Sequence record: LR588166.1
Direction: 5' to 3' (one strand)
DNA length: 64,000 nucleotides
The notes under the pieces are model-generated. The model saw only the letters and a program-made list of their open reading frames with translations. It had not been told where the DNA came from and did not search any database. A program made the position numbers and the translations under genes. The first letter of the stretch is position 1, and each line of letters opens with the position of its first letter. Positions 37,200 through 47,654 of this stretch are shown one piece after another.

Positions 37200-38633
37200 T
37201 TATGCTCCTTTATTTTTGTGCTCGGGACACGGTTCGAATGTATTAAATCTAGATACTATAGTAGTTACTCCTGGTTGAGACATTCTATTATATCTATTTG
37301 CATCACTAAACTCAGGCAATATATTAGTTTTGCCATTAGTAGTAGGTGTACTTGCTTCAGTAGGAGAATCAGGCGTTGGCGGCTGCGGACCGTTCATATG
37401 TATATTAGCACCTAACTCGATAATATCCCCGCCTGCACTTAACCCATATGTTCCGTTAGTAGCAGTTGCTATCTGTCCTGCAGCTTGTAAATTATAATTA
37501 GAACCTGCTTTTAAAGATATATCAACTCCGGCAGTGTTATGCAAACTGCCTCCTAATTGATTTAGTAATGTATCTTTTTGCGATTGAATATTTAAATTAT
37601 TATTAGCTTGTATAAATATATCTCCGCCTTGACCTGTTAGTTCCGGGGCTATGCCTCCGGTAGAAACAGTAGTATAGTCTTTAGATGCTTTAATGTTTAT
37701 ATTTCTTCCTGCTTCTATATTAATATCTCTATCTGCTCGTATATTGAAATCTTCCATAAAACGTAAAGATCCGGATTTTGCACCAAATACATCTACGTTG
37801 CCCGAGTTATCTAATTCTATCCAAGCAGTGCCCAATTTATTAATTATATAAATTATTCCATTAGTTTCATCTAATCTTATTTGAGCACCAGATCTAGTTC
37901 TTAATGTGATATGTTCGGATGTGGGTGCATCATCCATAACGAACTGATGACCGCCATGCCTTCTTGCATTTGCACCGTCTATTACTGGACCTGGGGTAAG
38001 AATACCGAATACCTGACTAGGTGCTTCCCTGCGTGCAGATGATGAAGATACACCCCGTATATTATCGTTAATAAGCCCTTGCGTTTTTAATCCTTGGGCA
38101 AGACTAGCAACAGGTTTATTAATAGTTTGTGCATTTACTTTTTCTAGTGTGTTTTTATTATATTCACCTACAGGTAAAGATTTTCCTGCTGTCTCATAAT
38201 TATTAACACTGCCAGCAACTGCAGGAATCATATGATTCATCTGTTGTTGCCATATGCATCCAAACCAAAATCCCTTTGCAGGGTCGCCATTAGCAAACAT
38301 TACAGCTACCTGATTTTCGAGATCTGGCGGAACTGCCCACATACCGTAAGATGTTTGTGTTTCGTGGAATGCAGATACATCTTGTGAACCGCCGATTGTC
38401 ATAGGATTAGTTGCGCCAGCAAATGGCGAACAGTATCCAACTAACAACCAACCAGATTCATCGCTCGGATCAGTACCGAATTCCGGGACCCAAACCCTAA
38501 GTCTTCCCATTCTGTTGCTATCGACATTATCTTTGACAAACCCAATATACATTCCGTAATATTTTTGTGCTCTGCCAGTTGGTGTTTTGCTAGCAGATGG
38601 ATTTACACCTACTGTTCTAGAATATGTACTCAT
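37200..38633 (-). CDS. gp5: baseplate central spike, gp5/VgrG-like, no lysozyme domain seen
   Basis: G.VKDN.D..RMGRLRVW.P OB-fold, YGMWAVPPD, beta-helix repeats. Confidence 0.8.
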   Translation of the reverse strand: MSTYSRTVGVNPSASKTPTGRAQKYYGMYIGFVKDNVDSNRMGRLRVWVPEFGTDPSDESGWLLVGYCSPFAGATNPMTIGGSQDVSAFHETQTSYGMWAVPPDLENQVAVMFANGDPAKGFWFGCIWQQQMNHMIPAVAGSVNNYETAGKSLPVGEYNKNTLEKVNAQTINKPVASLAQGLKTQGLINDNIRGVSSSSARREAPSQVFGILTPGPVIDGANARRHGGHQFVMDDAPTSEHITLRTRSGAQIRLDETNGIIYIINKLGTAWIELDNSGNVDVFGAKSGSLRFMEDFNIRADRDINIEAGRNINIKASKDYTTVSTGGIAPELTGQGGDIFIQANNNLNIQSQKDTLLNQLGGSLHNTAGVDISLKAGSNYNLQAAGQIATATNGTYGLSAGGDIIELGANIHMNGPQPPTPDSPTEASTPTTNGKTNILPEFSDANRYNRMSQPGVTTIVSRFNTFEPCPEHKNKGA

Positions 38634-40657
38634 TATTGATTAAACCTTTGGATGTCTATGTCTGTTATATCAGTTAATTTATCTCTTACTGCTTGCAATT
38701 CTTGGCGGAATATGCCTTTGGAAAAAACATGCTTCACTACTATAACTTGATATATGCCATTTATAATAGTATTTTGTTTCATTGAAGATGTTACTGTTCC
38801 TTCTATATAATTTAAATTAGGAGTCTGACTAGTAAACAAAAAGAATACTTGAGACGAAGTAGGATTAACATAAGATGTATTTGTATTGTTTATCCTATCC
38901 TCTACTGTACTTATTTTATTAGTTGTAGGCGGACCTAGCCAATAAGGATCTCCTTTTATAGATAAATCTATTTTAAGCAATTCGGCGTTATCATCATACA
39001 TTATTTGAGAAAATAATGAAGATAAAAAAGATTTACCTGCATGATAGTTGTCTTCTACACCTATATCATCATTTGAAGTATCTGGGGTTTCTATAGTTGT
39101 AATAGGAAGTTTACTTAATGAATCTGCAGTAGCATCTTCTATAAATTGTATGGCATTTTGCCTTACTTCAGTTTCTTGATCTGTGTCGGGATCTGCATTT
39201 GTATTTTCTCTAATCCTTGCTTGCCTTCCTTTTGACACCAGAGACGATTGTTCTGTATTTGTATCTACAGTAGATACATTTCTAGGATCCTGGCGATCTG
39301 TACCGGGAGTAACTGTCGAATTAAATTTGCTTTTCACAGATGCACTTGTCGACATCTTCTGTTTTAATAATAATTGATCAGGAGACATTCTTCTACCTGG
39401 ATCAACAGATGTATATGTATCTACTGTTCCTGTTTGTCTAGGTAGCGTAGCATACCACATAAAATTAAATTTCAAATTAAAATCTAATATTTGATCATTT
39501 AATCCGGTAAATAGATAATTATAATGCTTTCTTAGTACACTTCTGCCTAAATATTCATTAAATCTATTTTCTGAAGACTCGGGTGTAACTCTAGATTCAT
39601 CCTTCGATGCAACTATTGTCATTGTATCGTACGGTACGATAACATACCTAAAATTCCTAGCATAATCCCCTCTTCCTGGGTCATATTCTAGCGTGTCTAC
39701 TTGAGACAAAACCCTATATAATTTTTTAACCATAGACCTATTCGGATCTGGATTAAATTGGGGGTGAGCCGGTACATCTGAACCTGCAATTTCCTTTTCA
39801 ATAACTTCTGTAGAATTTATTATAGTTTCAATTATATACTGTATACTAGTATTATCATAAAATTGAACAGTAGTTACTGAGTTATCATCCACTACATAGT
39901 CAGATAGTCTGTCAATTGTTTGGTCGGAATTAGATATTTTTAACGGAGCATTTATTAATCTCTCATCCGAAATTATTATTTCGTACTTATCTGGCTTCAA
40001 TTGTTTATTAGATGCTCGCTGTGGCTGTCTATTATTGAGCGATTGTTTTAATTTTTCTAGCATTTCGCCCACAGTTTTGCCAGAAAGAGATATGCCTTGT
40101 TGCATATCGCCGTATTGGTTTGTATATCCTAGTTCGCTGTATACTGCTCCTACAAAATCATAAGTTGTACCCGATCCCGTAACAACCATATCCATTTTAG
40201 TTATAGTAATAGGAAATACCCATTTTGCCTTCATAACAGACGGCAACGAAGAAGTTGTTGTTCTACCTTTAAAAGTCAATTCCATAAAATATGGTGCTTT
40301 TAAGTAATTATCAATACCCAAACTAACAGCAGATGCATATAACTGATCTAACATACTGCTGCCGTGTGGTTCTTGAATTTTAAAAGATAATGTTGTAGAC
40401 TCACCTGTACCGGTTTCTACTGTCATTCCAGGAACAGTTGTTAATATGAAGTCATCTATACCTAATCCAGTAACACCCGATTCTGCAATTGTTATTTGTC
40501 TAGACCTGTCTAATACATTATTGTTTACTATATCTTCTATAGAGCACATATATAATCGTAAATGATAAGTAGTGCTAGTTATAGAATCCAACGGATTAGG
40601 TAAAAACGGATACATATTTGTATCCGTATTAGTAGGAGTAGGTTTGTTTAATGACAT
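38633..40657 (-). CDS. baseplate hub protein (gp27-like)
   Basis: Position before the spike; I.GDPYWL and G.Y.V..V.H.FS.G.F.Q.L C-terminus. Confidence 0.55.
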   Translation of the reverse strand: MSLNKPTPTNTDTNMYPFLPNPLDSITSTTYHLRLYMCSIEDIVNNNVLDRSRQITIAESGVTGLGIDDFILTTVPGMTVETGTGESTTLSFKIQEPHGSSMLDQLYASAVSLGIDNYLKAPYFMELTFKGRTTTSSLPSVMKAKWVFPITITKMDMVVTGSGTTYDFVGAVYSELGYTNQYGDMQQGISLSGKTVGEMLEKLKQSLNNRQPQRASNKQLKPDKYEIIISDERLINAPLKISNSDQTIDRLSDYVVDDNSVTTVQFYDNTSIQYIIETIINSTEVIEKEIAGSDVPAHPQFNPDPNRSMVKKLYRVLSQVDTLEYDPGRGDYARNFRYVIVPYDTMTIVASKDESRVTPESSENRFNEYLGRSVLRKHYNYLFTGLNDQILDFNLKFNFMWYATLPRQTGTVDTYTSVDPGRRMSPDQLLLKQKMSTSASVKSKFNSTVTPGTDRQDPRNVSTVDTNTEQSSLVSKGRQARIRENTNADPDTDQETEVRQNAIQFIEDATADSLSKLPITTIETPDTSNDDIGVEDNYHAGKSFLSSLFSQIMYDDNAELLKIDLSIKGDPYWLGPPTTNKISTVEDRINNTNTSYVNPTSSQVFFLFTSQTPNLNYIEGTVTSSMKQNTIINGIYQVIVVKHVFSKGIFRQELQAVRDKLTDITDIDIQRFNQ

Positions 40658-40956
40658 TAAATTATACCTTCTAACGATTCGATTGTGGGTGCATATATAG
40701 ATTTTCCTGCAATAAAATCGTATATAGGATCGATTAATTCATCCATATTTCTTACTGCAAATACCCACCAAAGTTCTTCTGTTCCGTATAAATCATACGA
40801 AAGCAAATCAGGTCTTTGATCATATTTAGGTGCAATAACAATTAATTCATCAGTTATATTGGGTAATATTTTCCTAGGAACCCATAAATCTAAATAAAAA
40901 TCTTTTATAGGTGTATCATAATATCGGCTTTTCGTAGAAGAAATGTTATTTGCCAT
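40657..40956 (-). CDS. gp53: baseplate wedge protein gp53-like (LysM-type)
   Basis: RPDLLSYDLYG..ELWWVFA..N..IDP. Confidence 0.8.
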   Translation of the reverse strand: MANNISSTKSRYYDTPIKDFYLDLWVPRKILPNITDELIVIAPKYDQRPDLLSYDLYGTEELWWVFAVRNMDELIDPIYDFIAGKSIYAPTIESLEGII

Positions 40957-41591
40957 TATATAAATCCTTTATTATTCTTCAGTAACTCACCTGTCCTAAA
41001 TTTACTTAGATCAAACGTCTGCCTAACCTCTTGGGGGTTATATTGAGGTTCTAACGTTATAGTCATAGTTAATTGAGTAGGAACATCTGTGTTTTCACTT
41101 ATATTGTTAAATCTTACAGGGACATAATCTACTTTGTTGTCTAAAATAATACTGAAATTTTTAACAACTACTGGCACATTTTTGAACATGTATGTTCCTA
41201 AGTAATTAAATGATAAAATGGGCGGCGGAGTGCCTGCTCTTACTAAATCTGTTTGTCCAAAGTAATTTTTTGTTACTGTTCGCATAAAATGCATTGCTGC
41301 TAATGTATATCTTGCCTCTACATCCGTTTGTGATGTAAATATTGCTTCTACTGATATAGGCTGAGGTGCAGATTTAACATATGCAAGGTATTTGTAGTTA
41401 GTATGAGTAAAATGGAAGGATTCATCGTATTCTGCATCTGCTGCTAATGTAACTATCGGTCTAAATGGAAATATTAAACCGCCTGTCTTTTTTAGAGGTG
41501 CAAGAATATTAACAAGCTGATCGTTACTTTCTCCAAATAAATCATTTGCAGCTAATGCATTCTTTGGTTTTAAAATTGCTCTACTATCCAC
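40956..41591 (-). CDS. tail tube initiator / baseplate tube cap (gp48/54-like)
   Basis: FP..P, THTNY, G.PPP.L.F..LG...F.NVPVV. Confidence 0.6.
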   Translation of the reverse strand: MDSRAILKPKNALAANDLFGESNDQLVNILAPLKKTGGLIFPFRPIVTLAADAEYDESFHFTHTNYKYLAYVKSAPQPISVEAIFTSQTDVEARYTLAAMHFMRTVTKNYFGQTDLVRAGTPPPILSFNYLGTYMFKNVPVVVKNFSIILDNKVDYVPVRFNNISENTDVPTQLTMTITLEPQYNPQEVRQTFDLSKFRTGELLKNNKGFI

Positions 41592-41640
41592 GATATGTAA
41601 TCTCTTTTATATATTTATCAGTAGGTTTATATGCTAATAT

Positions 41641-41669
41641 TTGACTTTGAAAATATTTTGTTGTAAAAT
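41641..41669 (+). promoter_or_regulatory. sigma70 promoter of the gp55-47-46 operon
   Basis: TTGACT-17-TAAAAT with TG. Confidence 0.7.
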
Positions 41670-41693
41670 AATAATAAAAAGCACGGATGCACA

Positions 41694-42536
41694 ATGAATA
41701 CAAAAATTGTAGTTAATTATATTAATAATAAAGAAATGTTAAAGGAAATACATCGTAGTAAAAATTCATTCTGCGAATATATTTCCCCAGAATATAAAGA
41801 TTACGATATTATCTTTACTTCGAAAGAAGATTGTCTGAAACAAGAAAATATAAACGAAGCAATACTCAAACGAGCGGAGCGTTTAACACAAGTACAGATA
41901 GATGAATATGCATTAAGAACAAATACTAGTTCTAAAAAAGCAAAAGCATCTATAACCCAAGTAGATCCTGCAACAATAAATAAACATGATGTTGTTTTTC
42001 GTGTTATTACATACGAACATATTCCAGAAGATCATGATAGGAAAAAGACAAAAAAATCAATTAAAGACTATCATGTTAAGTTAAATTTTACTCCTTTTAA
42101 GCATTTTATTATAGACGAAAATAATAACTTAGTAGAAGTAGGCAGAAGCCACAGCAAAAAAGGAGAGTTTTGCTTAACTGGAGGATCTATATCAGATAGA
42201 TTAGCAAAAATGTTTATGTTGTTAATTGACAAATTTGGTCAAAAAAGCAACTGGCGTGGATATTCATATCTAGATGAAATGAAGGGACAAGCTTTACTTC
42301 AGTTAGCGTCTATGGGGTTGCAATTCGACGAACATTTAAGCGATAATCCCTTTGCATATTACACTTCGTCTATAAACAATTCTTTTACTAGGGTATTCAA
42401 CATAGAAAAACGTAATCAAATAATCAGGGACGATTTATTACAAAATATGGGACAAAATCCTAGCCTTACTAGACAATTAGAACACGATGAGCAAATTCGG
42501 TTGCTCAGAGAATTAAATGATTCTAAAGATGATTAA
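41694..42536 (+). CDS. gp55: late-transcription sigma factor, T4 gp55-like
   Basis: YINNKEML, NWRGYSY.DEM.G.A, F....NPFAY.T; synteny with gp47/46. Confidence 0.8.
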   Translation: MNTKIVVNYINNKEMLKEIHRSKNSFCEYISPEYKDYDIIFTSKEDCLKQENINEAILKRAERLTQVQIDEYALRTNTSSKKAKASITQVDPATINKHDVVFRVITYEHIPEDHDRKKTKKSIKDYHVKLNFTPFKHFIIDENNNLVEVGRSHSKKGEFCLTGGSISDRLAKMFMLLIDKFGQKSNWRGYSYLDEMKGQALLQLASMGLQFDEHLSDNPFAYYTSSINNSFTRVFNIEKRNQIIRDDLLQNMGQNPSLTRQLEHDEQIRLLRELNDSKDD

Positions 42537-42547
42537 AAGGATTTAAA

Positions 42548-43561
42548 GTGGGTAATTTATTTAAGAAAGTTGCATGTTTTAGTGATATTCACTTCGGATT
42601 GCATCATAACTCTAAAATTCACAATCAAGACTGTGAAGATTTCATTAAGTGGTTTTGTAAAACTGCTAAAGAAAAAAATGCAGAAACATGTATATTTTTA
42701 GGCGATTGGCATCATACAAGAAACACCATTAATGTATCTACGCTAAACTACACTATGTCTAGTTTAGAACTACTAAACGATACGTTCGAAAAAGTATATT
42801 TTATCACTGGCAATCATGACCTTATGTATAGAGAAAAAAGAGAAGTACATTCTATTCCGATGGGTCACAAATATCCTAATATAGTTATGATAGAAGATCC
42901 GTTCGAACAAGGAGATGTATCTATTCTACCGTGGTTAGTAGGAGATGAATGGAAAGACGTTCCTAAAATAAAAGCAAAATATTTGTTTGGGCATTTAGAA
43001 ATTCCAGGATTTAAATTAAATGCAATGATAGAAATGCCAGATGTAGGAGAAATAAAATCCGAACATTTTGTTAATCAAACATATGTATTTTCCGGACATT
43101 TTCATAAGAGACAAGTAAATGGAAAAATTAATTATATCGGCAATCCATTCGGCCACAACTATTCTGATGTATGGGATTTTGATAGGGGTGCAATGTTTTT
43201 AGAATGGGGAGGGGAGCCTGAATATGTTAATTACGAAGACGGACCTAGATTCATATCCACTACATTGAAACAAATACTAGAAAATCCAGATTATTATCTT
43301 AAGCCAAAAACTCACGTAAAAGCAACTATAGATGTAGATATAACATACGAAGAAGCCAATTTCTTACGTGAAACATTCTTATCTTCATATAAAGTTAGAG
43401 AATTTAAATTATTACAGTCTAAATACAGCGAACACGAAATAGAAAGTGATACTGAAACTGAATTCGAAACTGTAGATGAAATTGTTATTTCCGAACTAAC
43501 TAATATTCAAAGTGATAACTTTGATAAAAACATACTTATAAGCATTTACACAAACCTATAA
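42548..43561 (+). CDS. gp47: recombination endonuclease subunit (Mre11/SbcD-like)
   Basis: SDIHFG, LGDWHH, GNHD, GH and SGHFH metallophosphoesterase motifs. Confidence 0.9.
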   Translation: MGNLFKKVACFSDIHFGLHHNSKIHNQDCEDFIKWFCKTAKEKNAETCIFLGDWHHTRNTINVSTLNYTMSSLELLNDTFEKVYFITGNHDLMYREKREVHSIPMGHKYPNIVMIEDPFEQGDVSILPWLVGDEWKDVPKIKAKYLFGHLEIPGFKLNAMIEMPDVGEIKSEHFVNQTYVFSGHFHKRQVNGKINYIGNPFGHNYSDVWDFDRGAMFLEWGGEPEYVNYEDGPRFISTTLKQILENPDYYLKPKTHVKATIDVDITYEEANFLRETFLSSYKVREFKLLQSKYSEHEIESDTETEFETVDEIVISELTNIQSDNFDKNILISIYTNL

Positions 43562-45315
43562 TGTTAAAATTTAAATCTATATCAATGCGAAATTTTATGT
43601 CTGTCGGTAATAATACACAGACTATATTGCTAGACGAAAACGATCTAACATTAGTTTTGGGAGAAAATTTAGATCTCGGTGGCAATGACAGTAAAAACGG
43701 AACCGGTAAGACTGCAAAATTAAATGCACTTTCATACGCACTCTTTGGTACAGCATTAACTAATATAAGAAAAGAAAATCTAATTAATAAAACAAATGAA
43801 AAAAATATGTATGTTAAATTAGAATTTTCGTTGAATAATAAAGAATACAAAATAGAAAGGGGAAGAAAACCCAATATATTTAAAGTTATAATCAACAACA
43901 AAGAATTAGAAACAGACGAAACTGACGAAGCGCAAGGCGACAGCAGACAAACCCAACTTGCATTAGAAAAGGAATTAGGTTTTAGTCATAATATGTTTAA
44001 AAACATAATTGCACTAAACACTTATTCCACTCCTTTTCTTTCTATGAAAACTACCGAACAAAGAGAATTAATAGAACAACTGCTAGGCATAACTAAACTA
44101 AGTGAAAAAGCAGATATTCTAAAAAATTTAGTTAAAGATACTAAAGATAGAATTAAAGAAGAAGAATTTAGAATTAAAGCAATCCAAGAAGCAAATAAAA
44201 GCATAGAACAAAACATTGCTTCTATGGAACTTAGAAGCAAGGCTTGGGATAAAAGACATTTAGATACTTTACAAGAATACAGAGAATCGCTAGAGCATCT
44301 AAATAAAATAGATATAGATACTGAAATAGAAATGCATAAAGTTTTAAAAGAGATTTCTATTAAAGAAAGAGAAAAAAATGATATTTTAAAAGAATATAAT
44401 ATTGTAGAACGAGAAATACAGTCATTATCTACAACAGTATCTCACCTTTCGTCACAATTACTAAAAACTACAGAACACAACGAATGTCCTACATGCGGGC
44501 AAGAATTAAATGATAGTCATACTTCATTAACTGAATCTTTAAAATTAAAGTTAGAATCTGCAACTAATTCACTTAAAGAAAAAGAAAATGAAAAAGAATT
44601 AATTTTAAATACATTGAATTCTATTTTTATACCGGAAAAACCATCTACGTTTTATTCGTCTTTAGATGATGTTTATAATCATAAAACTATGATTAATACA
44701 CTAGAGCATTCTATAGAAAAAGAAGAAATGCTAACTAACCCTCACGTAGAAAATGTTTCTATTTTACGAGATAGCATAAAACCGGTGGATTTCGAAACTA
44801 TTAATACGTTAGTTTCGTTACGAGATCATCAAGAATTTTTATTAAAACTGCTAACCTCAAAAGATAGTTTTATAAGAAAAAAGATTATAGATCAAAATTT
44901 ATCTTATCTAAATACAAGACTTGCACACTACTTAATAAAAATAGGATTGCCACACGAAGTAAAATTTATGTCTGACCTAGAAGTTCAGATTACAGAACAC
45001 GGCAGAGAATTAGACTTTGATAATTTAAGTAGAGGTGAACGCACCCGTTTAATTCTTTCACTAAGTTGGGCATTTAGGGATGTATTTGAAAGTCTTAACT
45101 ATAAAATAAATCTGCTGTATATAGACGAATTAATAGACAACGGATTAGATACTAGAGGTGTAGAATCTGCTCTAAGCATTCTAAAACAAATGTCAAGGGA
45201 TTCTAGCAGAAAAGTATTTTTAGTGTCACACAGAGAAGAATTAATTGGACGAGTTGATGTTCAACTAAAAGCAGTAAAAGAAGGTGGATTTACTTCTTAT
45301 ACAATCGAAGGATAA
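43561..45315 (+). CDS. gp46: recombination ATPase subunit (Rad50/SbcC-like)
   Basis: Walker A NGTGKT, CPTCGQ zinc hook, LSRGE signature, IDE Walker B. Confidence 0.9.
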   Translation: MLKFKSISMRNFMSVGNNTQTILLDENDLTLVLGENLDLGGNDSKNGTGKTAKLNALSYALFGTALTNIRKENLINKTNEKNMYVKLEFSLNNKEYKIERGRKPNIFKVIINNKELETDETDEAQGDSRQTQLALEKELGFSHNMFKNIIALNTYSTPFLSMKTTEQRELIEQLLGITKLSEKADILKNLVKDTKDRIKEEEFRIKAIQEANKSIEQNIASMELRSKAWDKRHLDTLQEYRESLEHLNKIDIDTEIEMHKVLKEISIKEREKNDILKEYNIVEREIQSLSTTVSHLSSQLLKTTEHNECPTCGQELNDSHTSLTESLKLKLESATNSLKEKENEKELILNTLNSIFIPEKPSTFYSSLDDVYNHKTMINTLEHSIEKEEMLTNPHVENVSILRDSIKPVDFETINTLVSLRDHQEFLLKLLTSKDSFIRKKIIDQNLSYLNTRLAHYLIKIGLPHEVKFMSDLEVQITEHGRELDFDNLSRGERTRLILSLSWAFRDVFESLNYKINLLYIDELIDNGLDTRGVESALSILKQMSRDSSRKVFLVSHREELIGRVDVQLKAVKEGGFTSYTIEG

Positions 45316-45327
45316 TAAAAAAGAGGC

Positions 45328-46077
45328 TTAAGCCTCTTTTTTATTAGTTTCTATTTTTGCTTTATCTAGTTGCTGTTTACTAATATATTTCGCATTAATT
45401 GTTATATTTTTGTTATCTCTTGCTTTAGTTAACCTATGAGCACCGTCTATTACATATAGTTTACCGTTGTCTTTATACACTATTATAGGGATGCTCACAT
45501 CGGCAGCTTTTACTCTCGCCGGCGCTAATTTGGTATATCGTAATATCCATGTTAAGTCTTTTATTTTAACACTTTCTACAGGAGCATGCTCTGTACTTCT
45601 AAAAATATCATCTAATCTATATTCATTACCATTATGCGTTAATGTACTATGTTTACCTTCTGAATAAGATTCAGAAATAGTATTAATGTTGTTGCCTATG
45701 TTAGATATTCTTGTTAAACTAGATTCAGTATCAGAAGCTATTATGTCTCTACTATCTCCTGATCCTTTAAAATCGTAAACAATTATTCTTACTACATCAG
45801 GGAATATAGAAGATTTATTTACTTTAAGTCTTTTTATACGGTTACCCTGGTTGTCGTATAATGTTTCGTCAATTATATTAATATTAAAAGATTTTGCTAA
45901 ATCCTTTGCAGTAATACCTACCTCTGCGGGCGATTCTTTAGAATATCTAGCCCTATTATCTATTACTAACTCGGTATTGTTAAAAAATGGATATTTATTC
46001 AATACATTGTTTAGTATTTTTTTAAATTTTGTATCTATAGGCTTAAACGGTAAAATCTCACCTTCTATAAATCTCAT
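45328..46077 (-). CDS. protein with C-terminal ParB/Srx-like domain
   Basis: PIIV......VIDGAHRL. Confidence 0.7.
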   Translation of the reverse strand: MRFIEGEILPFKPIDTKFKKILNNVLNKYPFFNNTELVIDNRARYSKESPAEVGITAKDLAKSFNINIIDETLYDNQGNRIKRLKVNKSSIFPDVVRIIVYDFKGSGDSRDIIASDTESSLTRISNIGNNINTISESYSEGKHSTLTHNGNEYRLDDIFRSTEHAPVESVKIKDLTWILRYTKLAPARVKAADVSIPIIVYKDNGKLYVIDGAHRLTKARDNKNITINAKYISKQQLDKAKIETNKKEA

Positions 46078-46079
46078 TA

Positions 46080-46577
46080 TTATTTACTCAGCTGTTTTAC
46101 TTTCTCTTTATTCTCTTCTGTCCAGAAATTATTCCAACTACAGAATACCCAACCCTTATAATCTATACTATTATTTACTTTAATACCGGTTTTTTCTTCA
46201 AATACTACCCATTTGCCTTGCCGCGTTATTTTTATAAAAATAATATTAAAATCACCCTCGCTAGCAGTATCGCGTACCTGTGATATCCATGTATCTAACT
46301 GTTTGCACTCTCCTTCGAACAACGAAGTAAATGAAAATTTTGCATACGATTTACATTCAGAATTAAAATGTTCCCATGTATCCGGAGGGAAAATATCACC
46401 TTTATAGGATTTGATTTGATTATTACCTAGTGATGTTTTTCTGACAGAATTTTGTCCTCCTATAAAGGCACCTGAATGTGCTGTTCTGGTAAAGGGTTCG
46501 TTGTAAAATGAGGTAAGATCTTTTGCTACATCTCGTTCCCAGCTACTACCTTTAATTTTACTTTTCGATCCAGACAT
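46080..46577 (-). CDS. Holliday junction resolvase-like PD-(D/E)XK nuclease
   Basis: SK.KG..WER.VAK.L ... GDI.PP ... ECK. Confidence 0.75.
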   Translation of the reverse strand: MSGSKSKIKGSSWERDVAKDLTSFYNEPFTRTAHSGAFIGGQNSVRKTSLGNNQIKSYKGDIFPPDTWEHFNSECKSYAKFSFTSLFEGECKQLDTWISQVRDTASEGDFNIIFIKITRQGKWVVFEEKTGIKVNNSIDYKGWVFCSWNNFWTEENKEKVKQLSK

Positions 46578-46708
46578 GTTTTGTTAACCTTTTATATACC
46601 TGTTAAATTTTACATTATTTAGTTAATTTTATACCCATATAATACTGTCGAGATAAATATGTGTGTAGATAACTTATAGCATTATTTTTAACGATTTTAG
46701 TACAATGG

Positions 46709-46737
46709 TTGACAGTATTAATGTCGTATGCTATAAT
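46709..46737 (+). promoter_or_regulatory. consensus sigma70 promoter with no downstream ORF
   Basis: TTGACA-17-TATAAT with TG extended -10. Confidence 0.85.
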
Positions 46738-46743
46738 CCGCAA

Positions 46744-47649
46744 CATAATAAAACTAAAGGACGTATGTAACAAAACAGACGTTCTCCTAAGTGTTTTAAA
46801 GTTTTTGCTTAGGAAGACCCAGTTGTATGTTTAAAGGGTGAACGGTAACGGGCATTCTTGTTTAAGACTAGTTCTTATGAAGACATTGGCAACTAACATA
46901 GCAGCTTTGTTCCATCATTGGATATTGGTAGTAGAAACTATCCCCATCGTGCCTTTACTGTAGTACCGTTAGAGACGGAGATAACGCAGGAAAAAAGGTT
47001 ATTTAAATTATGATTTTGGGTGCTGCAGAACACTTTCGTAAACAAAAGGAATATAGTTTACGTATACACAACGGGAACGGGAAAAAGCTTTTTAAGCAAA
47101 AACGAGTCCCTGGTAATTGGTGTTTAACGGGAGTGACGTCCCAAATGTTATTCATCGATTAACACTGTAAGAAGGTTGTAAGGGTTATTGTGTTCGAAGT
47201 GGTTTACACAACTGTTCTTCCTACATTTATGTACAGAAGTGTAAACGAAAGGATGTTGCTCTGGTAGAAAAAGATCAACGTACTTTATGACACTATCCTT
47301 GTGACATATGTACTTGTACCAACAACAGCCGCAGGTTACGGATATGGTATTACAAACTGTACTGCGGTTCCGGGAGTTGAAAGTGGATGTTAGCTTAGGT
47401 GGCTGTTTGCTTAATTATAATGTTTAATTTAGGCAATATAAGCGTCGGGTGAGGCTTTCGTAGGTTGCGTGTTTATGCTACGGTGTAAATGGGCTAGACT
47501 ACTGGCGCATACATGAGTATTGTAGGATTGGCGCTTTAATAAAGAAATTTGTTAAAGTTTGAGTTTAGCTCCCCGCTCATTAGCAATAAACGTTGCTAGT
47601 CGATAGTATACCCACGCCTAAATAATGCCGTCATTGTTTAGTTTTTTTT
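46744..47649 (+). ncRNA. candidate ~900-nt large structured non-coding RNA
   Basis: Perfect promoter; no ORF of 60 aa or more in six frames; many helices; 5'/3' closing helix 46750-58/47637-45; ends in a T-tract. Confidence 0.6.
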
Positions 47650-47654
47650 AAAAA

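Noticed and set aside
43690-43740. Inactivated gp46 Walker A (GTGKTAK)
   Set aside because: The GKT core and all other ABC motifs are intact; the change lies outside the catalytic residues.
46744-47649. Group I or group II intron
   Set aside because: A GACTA/TAGTC pair (about 47497 and 47597) resembles P7, but J8/7 (AAGAUA) is absent, no domain V is seen, and the region lies between divergent genes with no split exons.
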